A DNA stretch of 64,000 bases from Thermoguttaceae bacterium (GTDB lineage: Bacteria > Planctomycetota > Planctomycetia > Pirellulales > Thermoguttaceae). This document shows positions 29,231 to 38,995 of this stretch, piece by piece; the stretch's first letter is position 1, and each line of letters starts with the position of its first letter. Where the stretch lies: NCBI GenBank assembly GCA_963665265.2, contig OY762224.2:3255456-3319455 (forward strand), given 5' to 3'. The position numbers and the translations under genes are program-made. The notes under the pieces are model-generated. The model had not been told where the DNA came from. It saw only the letters and a program-made list of their open reading frames with translations, and searched no databases.

Positions 29231-30073
29231 CTACGGAGTCAAGGGCGAAGCGGCAAAACCTGCGTCTTTCATGCACTCCATATATCGTCGGTCGGCGTCG
29301 AGAAGATGTTCTTCCAGCCACGATTTCATCGATTCTAATAATTCCAGTCCTAACAAGTCGGTGCCCCAATCCGCTCGACTCACTAAATCATGCACTTTTT
29401 CCACAAATTCGTCGTGTGCGAGCTTGTGTTCCTCATATTCAGGGAAATGAGCCTGAATCATGTAGTCTTCCTCGGATTGGAAATGCCTTGCCGTATATTC
29501 GACTAATTCATCAAGTATTCGCTTTGCCTCTAAGCTCCTCGTGTCGATTAGCATGGCGGATTGCAGGGCGTTGATCATTTCGACAAGCTCTCGGTGTTGT
29601 GCGTCGATCTCCGCAACTCCCACGGAAAAATCGTCCGTCCACACCATGAACTCTGACACGATCTCCGCAACTCCTTTTTGCTGCTGCCTGAGAATCCATG
29701 GAGCGTGCTTTTTATCCGTGCCGAGGATATGCCCTCTCAACCAAGCGTGAAGCATCGGCAGCGATTCTAGTTCGGCAATGCTCTCTCCTTGCTCCATCTT
29801 CGCTAACCGCTCTGACAATTTCTTTTCAAATCCTTCATGGGCGAAACGGTGGGCGAGAAGACCAGAGCAACGGTATTTCTGCATATACCCTTCCTCCAGT
29901 CGGCAATGCAGCCGCCAAAGATCGATCAATTGCAAAAGACATGCTTTGACGTCTTCGCCATTTCCTTTCGTAGCCTCATTTAATTCGTCAAGCAAACGAA
30001 ACAACTCTCGGTGTTGCGAATCGATTTCCGCAACGCCGACGGCGTAATCATTTGACCAACGAACGAGAACCAT
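29231..30073 (-). CDS. tandem (two-domain) hemerythrin-like metal-binding protein
   Basis: Two copies of W(S/T)DD(Y/F)(A/S)VGVAEID(S/A)QHRELF...H...HF..EE.YM...H...H. GAGAGG SD lies before the ATG. Confidence 0.8.
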   Translation of the reverse strand: MVLVRWSNDYAVGVAEIDSQHRELFRLLDELNEATKGNGEDVKACLLQLIDLWRLHCRLEEGYMQKYRCSGLLAHRFAHEGFEKKLSERLAKMEQGESIAELESLPMLHAWLRGHILGTDKKHAPWILRQQQKGVAEIVSEFMVWTDDFSVGVAEIDAQHRELVEMINALQSAMLIDTRSLEAKRILDELVEYTARHFQSEEDYMIQAHFPEYEEHKLAHDEFVEKVHDLVSRADWGTDLLGLELLESMKSWLEEHLLDADRRYMECMKDAGFAASPLTP

Positions 30074-30436
30074 TTTTGCCTCTCAAGAACACGCAAATTC
30101 TATAGGGGTTAAATTCCGCCAGTTTCGAGCTTCATCGGCAAGCGTTGCTGGCTGACGAATGGAGCCTTTATACGTCCCTTCCCGAATATTTGATCTCTAA
30201 GCAATTATAGTATGCTAAATATGCCTTTGCGTTGCAGGATCGTTCGAATCGGAAAAACAGAGAAGCGACCGATTGTATAGATTTGATCGAACATAATAGC
30301 GGGACTTTTTTGTGGCCGAGAATACGGACGTGACTTTGGTTAAATGGTCTTGCGGTTCGTTGCGAATGGAGCTTGGGGGGGACTAGAAACGGACTGCGTC
30401 ATCAAATTTGCATCGAGCAATCTAGGATATCTAAAA

Positions 30437-30544
30437 ACAAAAAAGCCTGTTAGGCGGGGCAGGATTCCTAACAGGCGAGCGGTGCTTGAGCGAATGCGAA
30501 GGACCGAAGCAGGTATCCGTCGCTTGGGGATATATCCGCTCACC
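30437..30544 (-). ncRNA. structured small-RNA-like element, copy A (more degenerate)
   Basis: On the minus strand there is a GGACAA -35-like box and GATAAT (30551-30556). The outer stem is GAGCGG/CCGCUC. The inner hairpin is GCGACGGA/UCCUUCGC. The terminator GCCUGUUAGG/CCUAACAGGC has loop AAUCCUGCCCCG and a U-run. Confidence 0.45.
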
Positions 30545-30737
30545 CCGCATATTATCTTTTAACGAATTTTTTACTTGTCCGCACGAGAAATAATTCGCAT
30601 TTTCTGGGGAATGGAAAAACGATGATGATACGGAAACCCAATTGCCGTTAAAACACGAGGGTATCCACATTTTCTGTGGTCTTCTGAGGAGATTGCGACG
30701 GAATCGTTTGAGGCGGTCTGACAGACCTACCGCTAAC

Positions 30738-30892
30738 CACGATTGCATTAATTCAAGTCCCCGTAAATCGGCGCCCCAATTCGCTCGATTTGCGAACTCA
30801 GTTGAAATTCGTCGTGAGCGAGCTTGTGTTTTTCGTATTCAGGGAAATGAGTCTGAATCATGTGGTCTTCTTCGGATTGGAACCGCCTTATC
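30738..30892 (-). pseudogene. hemerythrin gene remnant (C-terminal part only)
   Basis: About 155 bp aligns closely with 29325-29480 of the intact gene. It translates FQSEEDHMIQTHFPEYEKHKLAHDEF and then diverges and stops. It abuts the response-regulator stop codon. Confidence 0.6.
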
Positions 30893-31538
30893 AAATATTT
30901 GCAGCCGGACATAAACTGTCAGAGTCGATCATTAATGCGTCCAGATTCAAGAACTGAAGAAGCTGTGTTCTGCTTTTGACGGACAATTTTGCATATGCTT
31001 TGGAACGTCTTGCTTCAACGCCACGAACGCTTAAACCGAGTTCTGCCGCAATTTGCACATTCGTTTTTCCTTTGACCACTCGCAACATAACGTCCAATTC
31101 GCCTTTTTTTAACGCCGAAAGTTTTTGCTTAACGAGCATATCTACGGTTCTGCAGGTCCACTTGCGTTCATCGTTGGACAAAGCGATCTTTACCTCCTCC
31201 ATAAGAGAAAACGACGAAAAGGGCTTTTCAAAAAACTGGATCGCTCCGTTCCGCATTGCGGATACGGCCGTCTTTACGTCGCCGTGTCCCGTAAGAACGA
31301 TCGTTGGAATTTGAATCTTTCTCTGCGAGAATAGTTTTAGCAGCTCCAATCCTCCCATCCCGGGCAATTTGATATCTAACACTAAGCAGGCGGGGCCAGT
31401 CGGCTGGTAATGTGCGAGGAATTTCTCCGCAGATCCAAACGCTAGGATTTTTGCCTCAAGTGGCGCCATGAAGTGAACAAGGGCCTCTACCAATGCGGAA
31501 TCATCATCCACAAGATATACGATCCTAGTTTTCGGCAT
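30891..31538 (-). CDS. FixJ/NarL-type response regulator (REC plus LuxR HTH)
   Basis: Start at MPKTRIVYLVDDD. Also LVLDIKLPGMGG, and a C-terminus LDVMLRVVKGKTNVQIAAELGLSVRGVEARRSKAYAKL. The start overlaps the kinase stop by 14 nt. Confidence 0.85.
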   Translation of the reverse strand: MPKTRIVYLVDDDSALVEALVHFMAPLEAKILAFGSAEKFLAHYQPTGPACLVLDIKLPGMGGLELLKLFSQRKIQIPTIVLTGHGDVKTAVSAMRNGAIQFFEKPFSSFSLMEEVKIALSNDERKWTCRTVDMLVKQKLSALKKGELDVMLRVVKGKTNVQIAAELGLSVRGVEARRSKAYAKLSVKSRTQLLQFLNLDALMIDSDSLCPAANI

Positions 31539-33534
31539 GATTAGTGTCCTCTTGATATTCGCATGGAAGCGTAAACGAGAAGGTGGCGCCTCGATAAGAG
31601 TTTTTGCTAGCCGATATAGAACCGCCGAGACTTTCGATAATTCGGCGACAAATCGAAAGCCCGAGTCCCAGCCCATTCGGCTTAGTTGAAAAGAAAGGGT
31701 TGAAAATCTCACTGTAGTCCAAGTCAATTCCGCAACCTACGTCGCTTATCGAAGTCGTAACGAAGCATCCGTCCGTGTGAGCTTTTACCGAGATAGTTGG
31801 CGTCGAGCAATCCGCTTGCTCCATAGCCTCGACGGCATTGCAGACGAGATTCACTAATACTTGCTGAACGAGCGTTTTATCGCCCAACAATCGAGGGATC
31901 GAATCGGGGATGTCAACAGCCAACACGATACCTGCTTTTCTGATCTTATGTTCCAATAATGCGACTGTTTCTGCAAAAGCCTCGCCAATCGAAACGGGGG
32001 CGACCGAATTTCTTTCTTTTCCAATATAGTCTTTGAAGTGTTGAGCAACCGCAGTAGCATGGACCAAAGATTCGCCAATCCGATCCAAGGCGAGACGAAT
32101 TTCACGCTGGTCGTCCAAAAGACAATTCATGACGGACCGGCTAGCGACATCAAGCCACGTCCGGGCGGCCGCCAACGGTTGATTGACGTCATGAGCTATG
32201 CAACAAGCCAACTCGCCTAGCACGGACAATCGATTGGCGTGTGATAGTTCTAAAAACAAGGCCTCGTTACGTTCTTTGTTTCGGATTTTCTCCGTTACGT
32301 CACGAATTACGCCTCGGAAGCGAATGACTTCCCCCTGTTTGTTTTTCATCGCAGTTAACGCACAGTAAGCCACTATGACGTCGCCATTCTTTTTCTTTAC
32401 TGATACGTTATATTCTCCTCTTCCGGAGCGAATGATTTTTTCCAGGATGCGTTCCCTGTCCTCTGGATATGCATAAACATCCTTGGAAAGATCAATTGCA
32501 TAAAGCTCTTCTTTGGTCGAGTACCCAAGAATACCGACTACGTTCTGATTAGCTTCGACAATGCGACCATTCGGCGATGTGAAAAATAGGCCGTCAAAGG
32601 ACTCTTCAAAGAAATCTCTATACTTTTCTTCGCTAGCTCTAATTGCGATATCCTCTGTCTTTTTTTCTGTAACGTCTCGCCTCGCACCAACGATGGAAAA
32701 AGCGTCTCCATCGTAACTGCTTACGGGATTCAACACTGTTGAAAAGTAACGAATTCCAAACGGGCAAGCCAATTTCTCTTCAAAGGATTGGGGTTCCCCT
32801 GTATGCATGCACGTTTGACATCGGGCGATGAGGTCGCTTGACGATCCAACGGGTACTAACGAGCCGACGTCCATGCCTAGTAATTGTCTTTTTGTCTTTC
32901 CTGCGATTTTAAAGCTCGTCTCGTTCGCATCTAATACTCTGCTGACGGATCCGTTGGCGAACTCAATGAGAAAAAAAGCGTCCGAGGACGAGTCCATTAT
33001 GCTACGAAGGGATTGCAAAACGCTGCGGCTGGATTGTGAATTCTCGGCGTCAACATCCGCACGATTTCTTAAAGACGGAATAGGATTCAAAAAATCCTCA
33101 AAACGTTTTTGATCGGAGCGATTGAGAAAAGTGACCGTCCTCGCAAGATATGAAGCCCCTTCTAAATCACATGGCCAAGTAAAGTCCGCATCATGCTCGA
33201 ACTGTATGTCATTCTGTTCCCTGCTATTAAGGTATATTACTAGTGGCTTTTTCTTGTGACCATAATTCTTTAAAATCCACTCCCTTAATTCGCTGCACTC
33301 TGAAAACAAGCTGTGGTCAATAAAAAGAGCGTCTGGAGCATATTTATCAAGTTCTACAATACAGAATGTCGGCGCTGAGATTTCTAGAACTTTTATGTTA
33401 AGAGAATGAAAGAACGAAGCTGTCCTGGCCCTTCGCACGCTGTTTGAATCCACTACAAAGAATAATGCCGGACGACTCACGACGGCTCCTTGATAAGGTT
33501 CAGAAAACTCGATAAGTGACGTGGTCAGAATCAC
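31525..33534 (-). CDS. PAS-domain sensor histidine kinase with degenerate N-terminal receiver-like domain
   Basis: Two PAS-like segments, HisKA (LGELACCIAHDVNQPL) and HATPase_c (NLVCNAVEAM...DVGCGID...GLGLGLSICRRIIE). Confidence 0.8.
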   Translation of the reverse strand: MILTTSLIEFSEPYQGAVVSRPALFFVVDSNSVRRARTASFFHSLNIKVLEISAPTFCIVELDKYAPDALFIDHSLFSECSELREWILKNYGHKKKPLVIYLNSREQNDIQFEHDADFTWPCDLEGASYLARTVTFLNRSDQKRFEDFLNPIPSLRNRADVDAENSQSSRSVLQSLRSIMDSSSDAFFLIEFANGSVSRVLDANETSFKIAGKTKRQLLGMDVGSLVPVGSSSDLIARCQTCMHTGEPQSFEEKLACPFGIRYFSTVLNPVSSYDGDAFSIVGARRDVTEKKTEDIAIRASEEKYRDFFEESFDGLFFTSPNGRIVEANQNVVGILGYSTKEELYAIDLSKDVYAYPEDRERILEKIIRSGRGEYNVSVKKKNGDVIVAYCALTAMKNKQGEVIRFRGVIRDVTEKIRNKERNEALFLELSHANRLSVLGELACCIAHDVNQPLAAARTWLDVASRSVMNCLLDDQREIRLALDRIGESLVHATAVAQHFKDYIGKERNSVAPVSIGEAFAETVALLEHKIRKAGIVLAVDIPDSIPRLLGDKTLVQQVLVNLVCNAVEAMEQADCSTPTISVKAHTDGCFVTTSISDVGCGIDLDYSEIFNPFFSTKPNGLGLGLSICRRIIESLGGSISASKNSYRGATFSFTLPCEYQEDTNHAEN

Positions 33535-34006
33535 GTAGCGTCATTCAATATTTCATATAAACGGCAAGGAGTCTAGGGGGGAATGATAAGTCGAAGACCG
33601 AATAAAATGTGGTAGTTCTGGCAGGAGATACGCAGTCTAATTCTTATTGAAGAAATGTGTGTGGTGCGAGTGTGGGATTGTCTGCTTAATGCTTGTTTTT
33701 CCAATTTATTTTTTGCAACAATCTCATCCGCAATCTACTTTTTCTCAACGTTTCGGATTCACCAAGTTCCAGATTCACCAACCCTAAGCATCAAGAAGCT
33801 CTCCTTAATGGGGGTCACAAGCTTCGTATGAGGTCAACCCCTAGCGGGGCGCTTGGCGATCTAAACGTAGCCCCAAACCCGTCAATCTGACATTTCTGTA
33901 ATTAATTGTCGTCGAGGCAACGAATAGTTACGTTGTGAATGTCTCAAATGAGGGGATCACGTGCAGATTTGTTTTGTGCCATCACTCTTAGGTAAGGAGC
34001 ATACTT

Positions 34007-36397
34007 GTGCTAAAGAATTTTTCCATCCGAACCAAACTGTTCACTGTAGTCGGCGTATTAGCGGCTTTGGCCGCTGGGTTGACCGCCCTTTCGCTAAATA
34101 AGCTAAAAGGCATCGACGATCAACTCAACGAAATTGTTGACGTCACGTCGCAAAAGGCGTTGCTTTCAGCCAACATCAATGAGGACCTCGTCCGAATCAA
34201 TCGTGCCGAAAAAAATCATATTATGGCCACGAAAGACGAGGAAATGGATCTCTATGAAAAACGAATCGCCGATCGCAAGACGGTGATGAGCGATCGATTG
34301 AAAAAGTTGGAAAATCTATCCAACGAAGAAGAAAAGAAACAGCTTGCGGAATTTCAAAAGGCATTTGGCGAGTACGAGGCGATTTTCAGTCAAGTACGAG
34401 ATAATTCACGGAAAGGAACCAACAATCTCGCCGGAAGTCTCTCACGTGGTAAAGAGCATGTCGCTCAATTTGAAGCGGCAGAGAAAGCTCTCGATAATTT
34501 CTTTGAAAAGGTCGCAAAATCCACGGACGAACAATACCAGAATTTGCATCAACTGAAGAATCAACGTGTCGAAGACGCATTAAAGGTGAGCGAGGCGAAC
34601 GCAAAGCGATTGGAGCAACTTGCAGTCTGCCGTGAGGCATTGCCTCACCTGGCGAGGCACGAGAAGAATTTGATTTTGGCTACGGAAGATGCGGAGATGG
34701 ATAAATTCGCCAAGTTGTATGAGGCGAAAAAGAATACCATTCTTACGTCCTTAAGCGAACTTGAAAAGACGGCCTCTGGAGATGAAAAGAAAGAAATTGC
34801 GGCGGCTCTTCGGGCGGTAAACGATTACTCAGAGATGAATAAGAAGATTGAAAAACTTTCTCGTGAAAACACCTGTGAAGTCGCCCGAGTTCTTTCCTGC
34901 ACGAAGGGGCAAGATGCCATCGACAAGGCTCAAAAAGCCATGGAGTCGATAGCCGAAGGCGCTAATAAGAGCATGGCTGCTGACAAGGAAGCGAGCGCCG
35001 AAGCTTACGCCGCCGCAAAGTGGATGATGTACTCGGTCAGCGCCATCGGGATTATTGCGGCAATCGGTTTGGCGTTCCTCGTCGTTACGGGCATCGTCAA
35101 CGCCATCCGCAAAGCTGTCGAGGTCATCACCGCCTTCGCCTCCGGCGACTACTCCAAACATTTGGAGATTGACGGCAAGGACGAAATCGCCGTGATGGCT
35201 GTCTCGCTCAACAAGGCGATCGACGCCACGGGCGACGCAATGAACAAAATCAAGGAAGCCGCCGAACGTGATCGCCAAGCTCAGATCGAGGCAGATCGCA
35301 AGGTTAAGCACATCCTTGAGGTCGCCAACAAGGTCGGTCAAAAGGATTACACGAAGTCGGTCGAAGTGACCGGCGAAGACGCCCTTGGTCAGCTTGGCAA
35401 CGGCTTGCGAAAATTCTTCGCCGACAAACAAGAGACCGAACGTCGAGAGGAAGAAAAAGCCGCCGAAGAGCGTACCGCAGCAGAGGTCTTGCGTCGCAAA
35501 GTGGACGGTTTGCTCAATGTAGTCAGCGCCGCAGCCCAAGGCGATCTAACCAAGCAAGTCAGAGTTGAAGGCGATGAACCGGTTGACGAGTTGGCCGGAG
35601 GCATTAAAAAGATGTTGGAAGATTTGTCCGGCGTGATCGGTCAAGTTACCGACAGCGCCATGCAATTTAACGAAGGTTCCCGAATTATCGCCGAGAGTTC
35701 GCAAACATTGGCTCAAGGCGCTCAAACGCAAAGCTCCAGCGTCGAAGAAATGACCGCCTCAATCGAGGAGTTGGAACGCTCGATCCAAGCCGTGAAGGAG
35801 AACGCCACAGAGGCGAATCGAGTCGCCTCGGACGCCAATCGCTTGGCCGAGGAGGGGGGCAAGGCCGTCCAAAAGTCAGTTGAGTCAATGTCCCAGATTC
35901 GTGAGAGTTCACAAAAGATTAGCGAGATCATTCAAGTGATTTCGGAGATCGCTAGCCAAACGAATCTTTTGGCCTTAAACGCCGCTATTGAAGCGGCACG
36001 AGCGGGCGAACACGGCATGGGATTTGCCGTCGTCGCCGACGAGGTTCGTAAACTCGCAGAGCGATCCAATCAAGCGGCCCGAGAAATCTCCACGCTCATC
36101 AAGGAATCGACTCAAACTGTGGAGCAGGGCGTTCAACTTAGTGACGAGACCGGCAAGTCGTTGACGCAAATTATCGAAGCCGTTCAGACAACTGCAGCGA
36201 AGATCGCCGAGATCGCCGAAGCGACGGTGGAGCAAGCCGCCGGAGCCCACGAAGTGTCAAAGGCCATCCAGAGCGTAGCCCACGTCACGGAAACGTCGGC
36301 CGCAGGCAGCGAAGAACTGGCGTCCAGCAGCGAAGAGCTTGGAGCTCAATCCGTTGCGTTAAAAGACCTTGTTTCTCGATTTCAAACGAGCAAGTAA
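34007..36397 (+). CDS. methyl-accepting chemotaxis protein with multiple HAMP-like repeats
   Basis: GTG start after AAGGAG. Two TM helices flank a helical sensor domain. The signalling domain is [41 protein letters not shown]. Confidence 0.85.
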   Translation: MLKNFSIRTKLFTVVGVLAALAAGLTALSLNKLKGIDDQLNEIVDVTSQKALLSANINEDLVRINRAEKNHIMATKDEEMDLYEKRIADRKTVMSDRLKKLENLSNEEEKKQLAEFQKAFGEYEAIFSQVRDNSRKGTNNLAGSLSRGKEHVAQFEAAEKALDNFFEKVAKSTDEQYQNLHQLKNQRVEDALKVSEANAKRLEQLAVCREALPHLARHEKNLILATEDAEMDKFAKLYEAKKNTILTSLSELEKTASGDEKKEIAAALRAVNDYSEMNKKIEKLSRENTCEVARVLSCTKGQDAIDKAQKAMESIAEGANKSMAADKEASAEAYAAAKWMMYSVSAIGIIAAIGLAFLVVTGIVNAIRKAVEVITAFASGDYSKHLEIDGKDEIAVMAVSLNKAIDATGDAMNKIKEAAERDRQAQIEADRKVKHILEVANKVGQKDYTKSVEVTGEDALGQLGNGLRKFFADKQETERREEEKAAEERTAAEVLRRKVDGLLNVVSAAAQGDLTKQVRVEGDEPVDELAGGIKKMLEDLSGVIGQVTDSAMQFNEGSRIIAESSQTLAQGAQTQSSSVEEMTASIEELERSIQAVKENATEANRVASDANRLAEEGGKAVQKSVESMSQIRESSQKISEIIQVISEIASQTNLLALNAAIEAARAGEHGMGFAVVADEVRKLAERSNQAAREISTLIKESTQTVEQGVQLSDETGKSLTQIIEAVQTTAAKIAEIAEATVEQAAGAHEVSKAIQSVAHVTETSAAGSEELASSSEELGAQSVALKDLVSRFQTSK

Positions 36398-36440
36398 TCG
36401 CTCGTAACGGTTGATAGAATAGTGATCTTTCTTCCAAGCG

Positions 36441-36485
36441 TTTGGCGACGAGGACAACGCCCTTCCAAGAGTCCTCGTCGCCAAA
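36441..36485 (+). terminator. 15-bp perfect hairpin after the mcp gene (no U-run)
   Basis: TTTGGCGACGAGGAC ... GTCCTCGTCGCCAAA. Confidence 0.4.
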
Positions 36486-36516
36486 ACTTGGCAGAAGTGA
36501 TTGAAAAGGTAATGTT

Positions 36517-36567
36517 ACGACGGTGCGGAGTGAAAGTTCCCTCCTATTAGCTCCGCACCGTCGTTTT
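36517..36567 (+). terminator. intrinsic terminator/attenuator between mcp and cheW
   Basis: ACGACGGTGCGGAG ... CTCCGCACCGTCGT followed by TTTT. Confidence 0.5.
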
Positions 36568-36698
36568 GAATAGCGCCCGACGGTGTTACGACCAGAAACG
36601 AGACAATGAGTCGACTCGACGGCGGAAGACGCTTTCTCCGTCGCTTCACTGGCGTTTCATCGATTATCCAGCAACAATTCCGTAAAGGATAAATTAAA

Positions 36699-37190
36699 AT
36701 GGCAACCAGTTCGGTTTCCGCAACAACGCTCTCCGCCAACGAAAGTCTCGATACGCTGCAGTTAGTTAGTTTTCGACTTGGTCAAGAACTGTTCGGAATC
36801 GAGATTACTAAAGTGCGTGAAATCATTCTCCTTACCGACATCACTCGCATTCCCCAGGCCGAATCTCACGTCATGGGCGTTTTGAACTTGCGAAGTAATG
36901 TAATACCGGTGATCAATCCGCAGATTCTCTTCGGGCTTTCCGAGAGCGAGCAGTCGGAAGAAAGCCGTATTATGGTTTTGCAGTCCGAGAATAAAACGGT
37001 CGGCATTATCGTCGATTCAGTAAGCGAAGTTTTGCGAGTCAAGCGAGATCAAATCGCCCCGCCGCCACCTACGGTTTCCGGGTTGGGCCGGGAGTATTTG
37101 AACGGATTGGTCAAGTTAGATCACGAATTGCTGATCCTTCTTGACATCGACAAATTGTTGATTGGGCAAGATCAATACGCCAATGCGTAA
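36699..37190 (+). CDS. cheW: chemotaxis coupling protein CheW
   Basis: LQLVSFRLGQELFGIEITKVREII...VMGVLNLRSNVIPVINP...VGIIVDSVSEVL. Confidence 0.85.
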   Translation: MATSSVSATTLSANESLDTLQLVSFRLGQELFGIEITKVREIILLTDITRIPQAESHVMGVLNLRSNVIPVINPQILFGLSESEQSEESRIMVLQSENKTVGIIVDSVSEVLRVKRDQIAPPPPTVSGLGREYLNGLVKLDHELLILLDIDKLLIGQDQYANA

Positions 37191-37301
37191 GTGGTCCAGA
37201 TATTTCCCGGCTTCTATTACGACGATCAGGTGAATTCCGTTAAGGCTTCAAGAGTGTACTCAACTTCCCTGCCGAAACTCCAAAGATAAGGAGTGCGTGA
37301 T

Positions 37302-37709
37302 ATGGCATTGCTGGTATGGAATGAAAATATGAGCGTGGGCGTAGCCGGATTAGACGTCCACCATAAAAGGCTGATCCTGCTCGTGAGAGATTTGAATGAC
37401 GCCATGCTCGCCGGTAAGGGAAAAGACGTTCTCGGCAATATTTTCTCCGATCTGATAAATTATACGAAAACGCATTTTGCGGCTGAAGAGAAGTATTTCG
37501 ATCAATTCGGCTATCCTGCGTCCGATTTTCACAAACAAGAGCACAGGCGACTCGTGCAAAAAGTGACGGATTTTCAAAAGCAATTTGAAGACGGGAAAAT
37601 CGGACTTTCCTTACAAGTCATGGATTTTTTGTCTGATTGGTTGCTTAACCACATCCAAAAAGAGGACAAGAAATACGGCTCGTTCTTCAACGAAAAAGGA
37701 TTTTTTTAG
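37302..37709 (+). CDS. single-domain hemerythrin (bacteriohemerythrin-like)
   Basis: MALLVWNENMSVGVAGLDVHHKRLI...HFAAEEKYF...HKQEHRRL...WLLNHIQKEDKKY. Confidence 0.8.
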   Translation: MALLVWNENMSVGVAGLDVHHKRLILLVRDLNDAMLAGKGKDVLGNIFSDLINYTKTHFAAEEKYFDQFGYPASDFHKQEHRRLVQKVTDFQKQFEDGKIGLSLQVMDFLSDWLLNHIQKEDKKYGSFFNEKGFF

Positions 37710-38502
37710 TTATCAACCCAGAGGCGGAGTTGCCAGAATCGCTATCGCTTCCACGATTAAGAACGTAAATCTTAAGAGAAATACGCTACGATAATTAGCC
37801 TTCTCAGCATGTTTTGAGAAGCGCTGGCAAGGCGAGCGTCCGACGCAATTCACCGTGCATCGTGAAAGATTGCGTCGTTCCAAAATCTTGCCAAATAAAA
37901 TATGTCCGCCATATCGGTCTAATCATCCTTCCAAGCGGTGGAGAAACGAAGACGGGAAAATCGGAATTGCTTATCAAATGATGCCAATCTTTATCCCTTA
38001 CCTATAATTCCGACCGCTAGTTCCCGTCTCATTTCAAAATCGTCAAATCGGACCGATATGGCGGCATTTTCTTTCAGCATTGCCCTTAATATCCGCTCTC
38101 ATGTCACGGAAAGAGACGGCGTTCAACCGTCGCACAAATCTGTCGCATAGCGATCCGGATGGGGTCGCCGAACATAATCTGAGCGTTGAAGAGCGAAAGC
38201 TGCTTGGCTTAACAAAAACGCCGGAACGTCATCCGCCAATCGAGGTGGCGAACATCTAAACCTGGCATGAGGACGGGCAGAACAAAGTCGGGGTGTTTCG
38301 TATCACTTTGGTTCGACTTGTGCGATAACATTTCCTGTAATAACTGTTGTGATCGGAAAGGTAGCCAAAAAATATGCGACCTTTTTCTTGGAACCACGGC
38401 ACCCGGGAGCTAGAAATCGATTTTAAGGCACCTGGAAGCGTATTTGGAGAATCCAAAACAAAAAAATGGTCGGGGAGTCGAGCGGATACTTTTGATTGTT
38501 TT

Positions 38503-38865
38503 TTAATCGTTCTGAGTCTCCAGCAACGTCTCCAGTTCCTCTTTCGTCAATCTGCCCTCGCAGCGACCGTTTTTCTCTAAGTTCTTCCAAAAATACTTTC
38601 GCTCGTCCTCAACGTGTTTTTCGACATCGTCCCGGGTGTAAAACCCCATCTTGCTTGCCCAATAGCGACCTTCTCCGAGACCGTACATGATCGAGATTAT
38701 TTTTTCATCTTTGGGACGAGGCGATTTGTCCGTGTTGTAGGAGATAACGGCAATTTCGTCGTCTCTGATGCTGACGACGTGAATGCTCTCTTGAGTTCCG
38801 GCAACTGAGCGTCGGGTTCGCTCGTCAAGGGCGGCATTGAGCTTTTCAGTAACCTCTGGTTTCAT
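38503..38865 (-). CDS. hypothetical protein
   Basis: 120-aa ORF. No family recognised. Confidence 0.4.
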   Translation of the reverse strand: MKPEVTEKLNAALDERTRRSVAGTQESIHVVSIRDDEIAVISYNTDKSPRPKDEKIISIMYGLGEGRYWASKMGFYTRDDVEKHVEDERKYFWKNLEKNGRCEGRLTKEELETLLETQND

Positions 38866-38995
38866 GTGTTCTCCGTTTTGGATGGACAGTCCTGGTATTT
38901 AGACGTTTGCTTGATGAATATGCGGGGTATTTCTTTTCCTTTCTGTCGGGTTGTTCGACAGAAAGGAAAAGATGGTCCGCCAAAGCGACAGAACG

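Noticed and set aside
29135-30313. 13-nt repeat GGGACTTTTTTGT (29135 and 30301), with loosely similar downstream bases, flanking the first hemerythrin gene
   Set aside because: Exact matches of 13-14 nt that include a T-run are expected by chance a few times in 64 kb. This is not enough to call a direct repeat or att pair.
30445-30545. Reading the elements on the plus strand as CsrA/RsmA-sponge RNAs, because the loops would show CAGGAU or CAGGUG
   Set aside because: The promoter-like boxes, the U-run after the terminal hairpin and the G-U (not A-C) wobble positions all favour the minus strand. The plus-strand reading has mismatches and no terminator.
30344-30562. ORFs across the structured-element copies that share peptide strings (KPVRRGRIPNRR on the plus strand, SPVRNPAPPNRL on the minus strand). 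The same occurs at 48305-48742 and 49688-50001.
   Set aside because: The shared peptides only reflect the conserved palindromic nucleotide sequence. Starts, stops and frames are not conserved between copies, and the stems covary as RNA.
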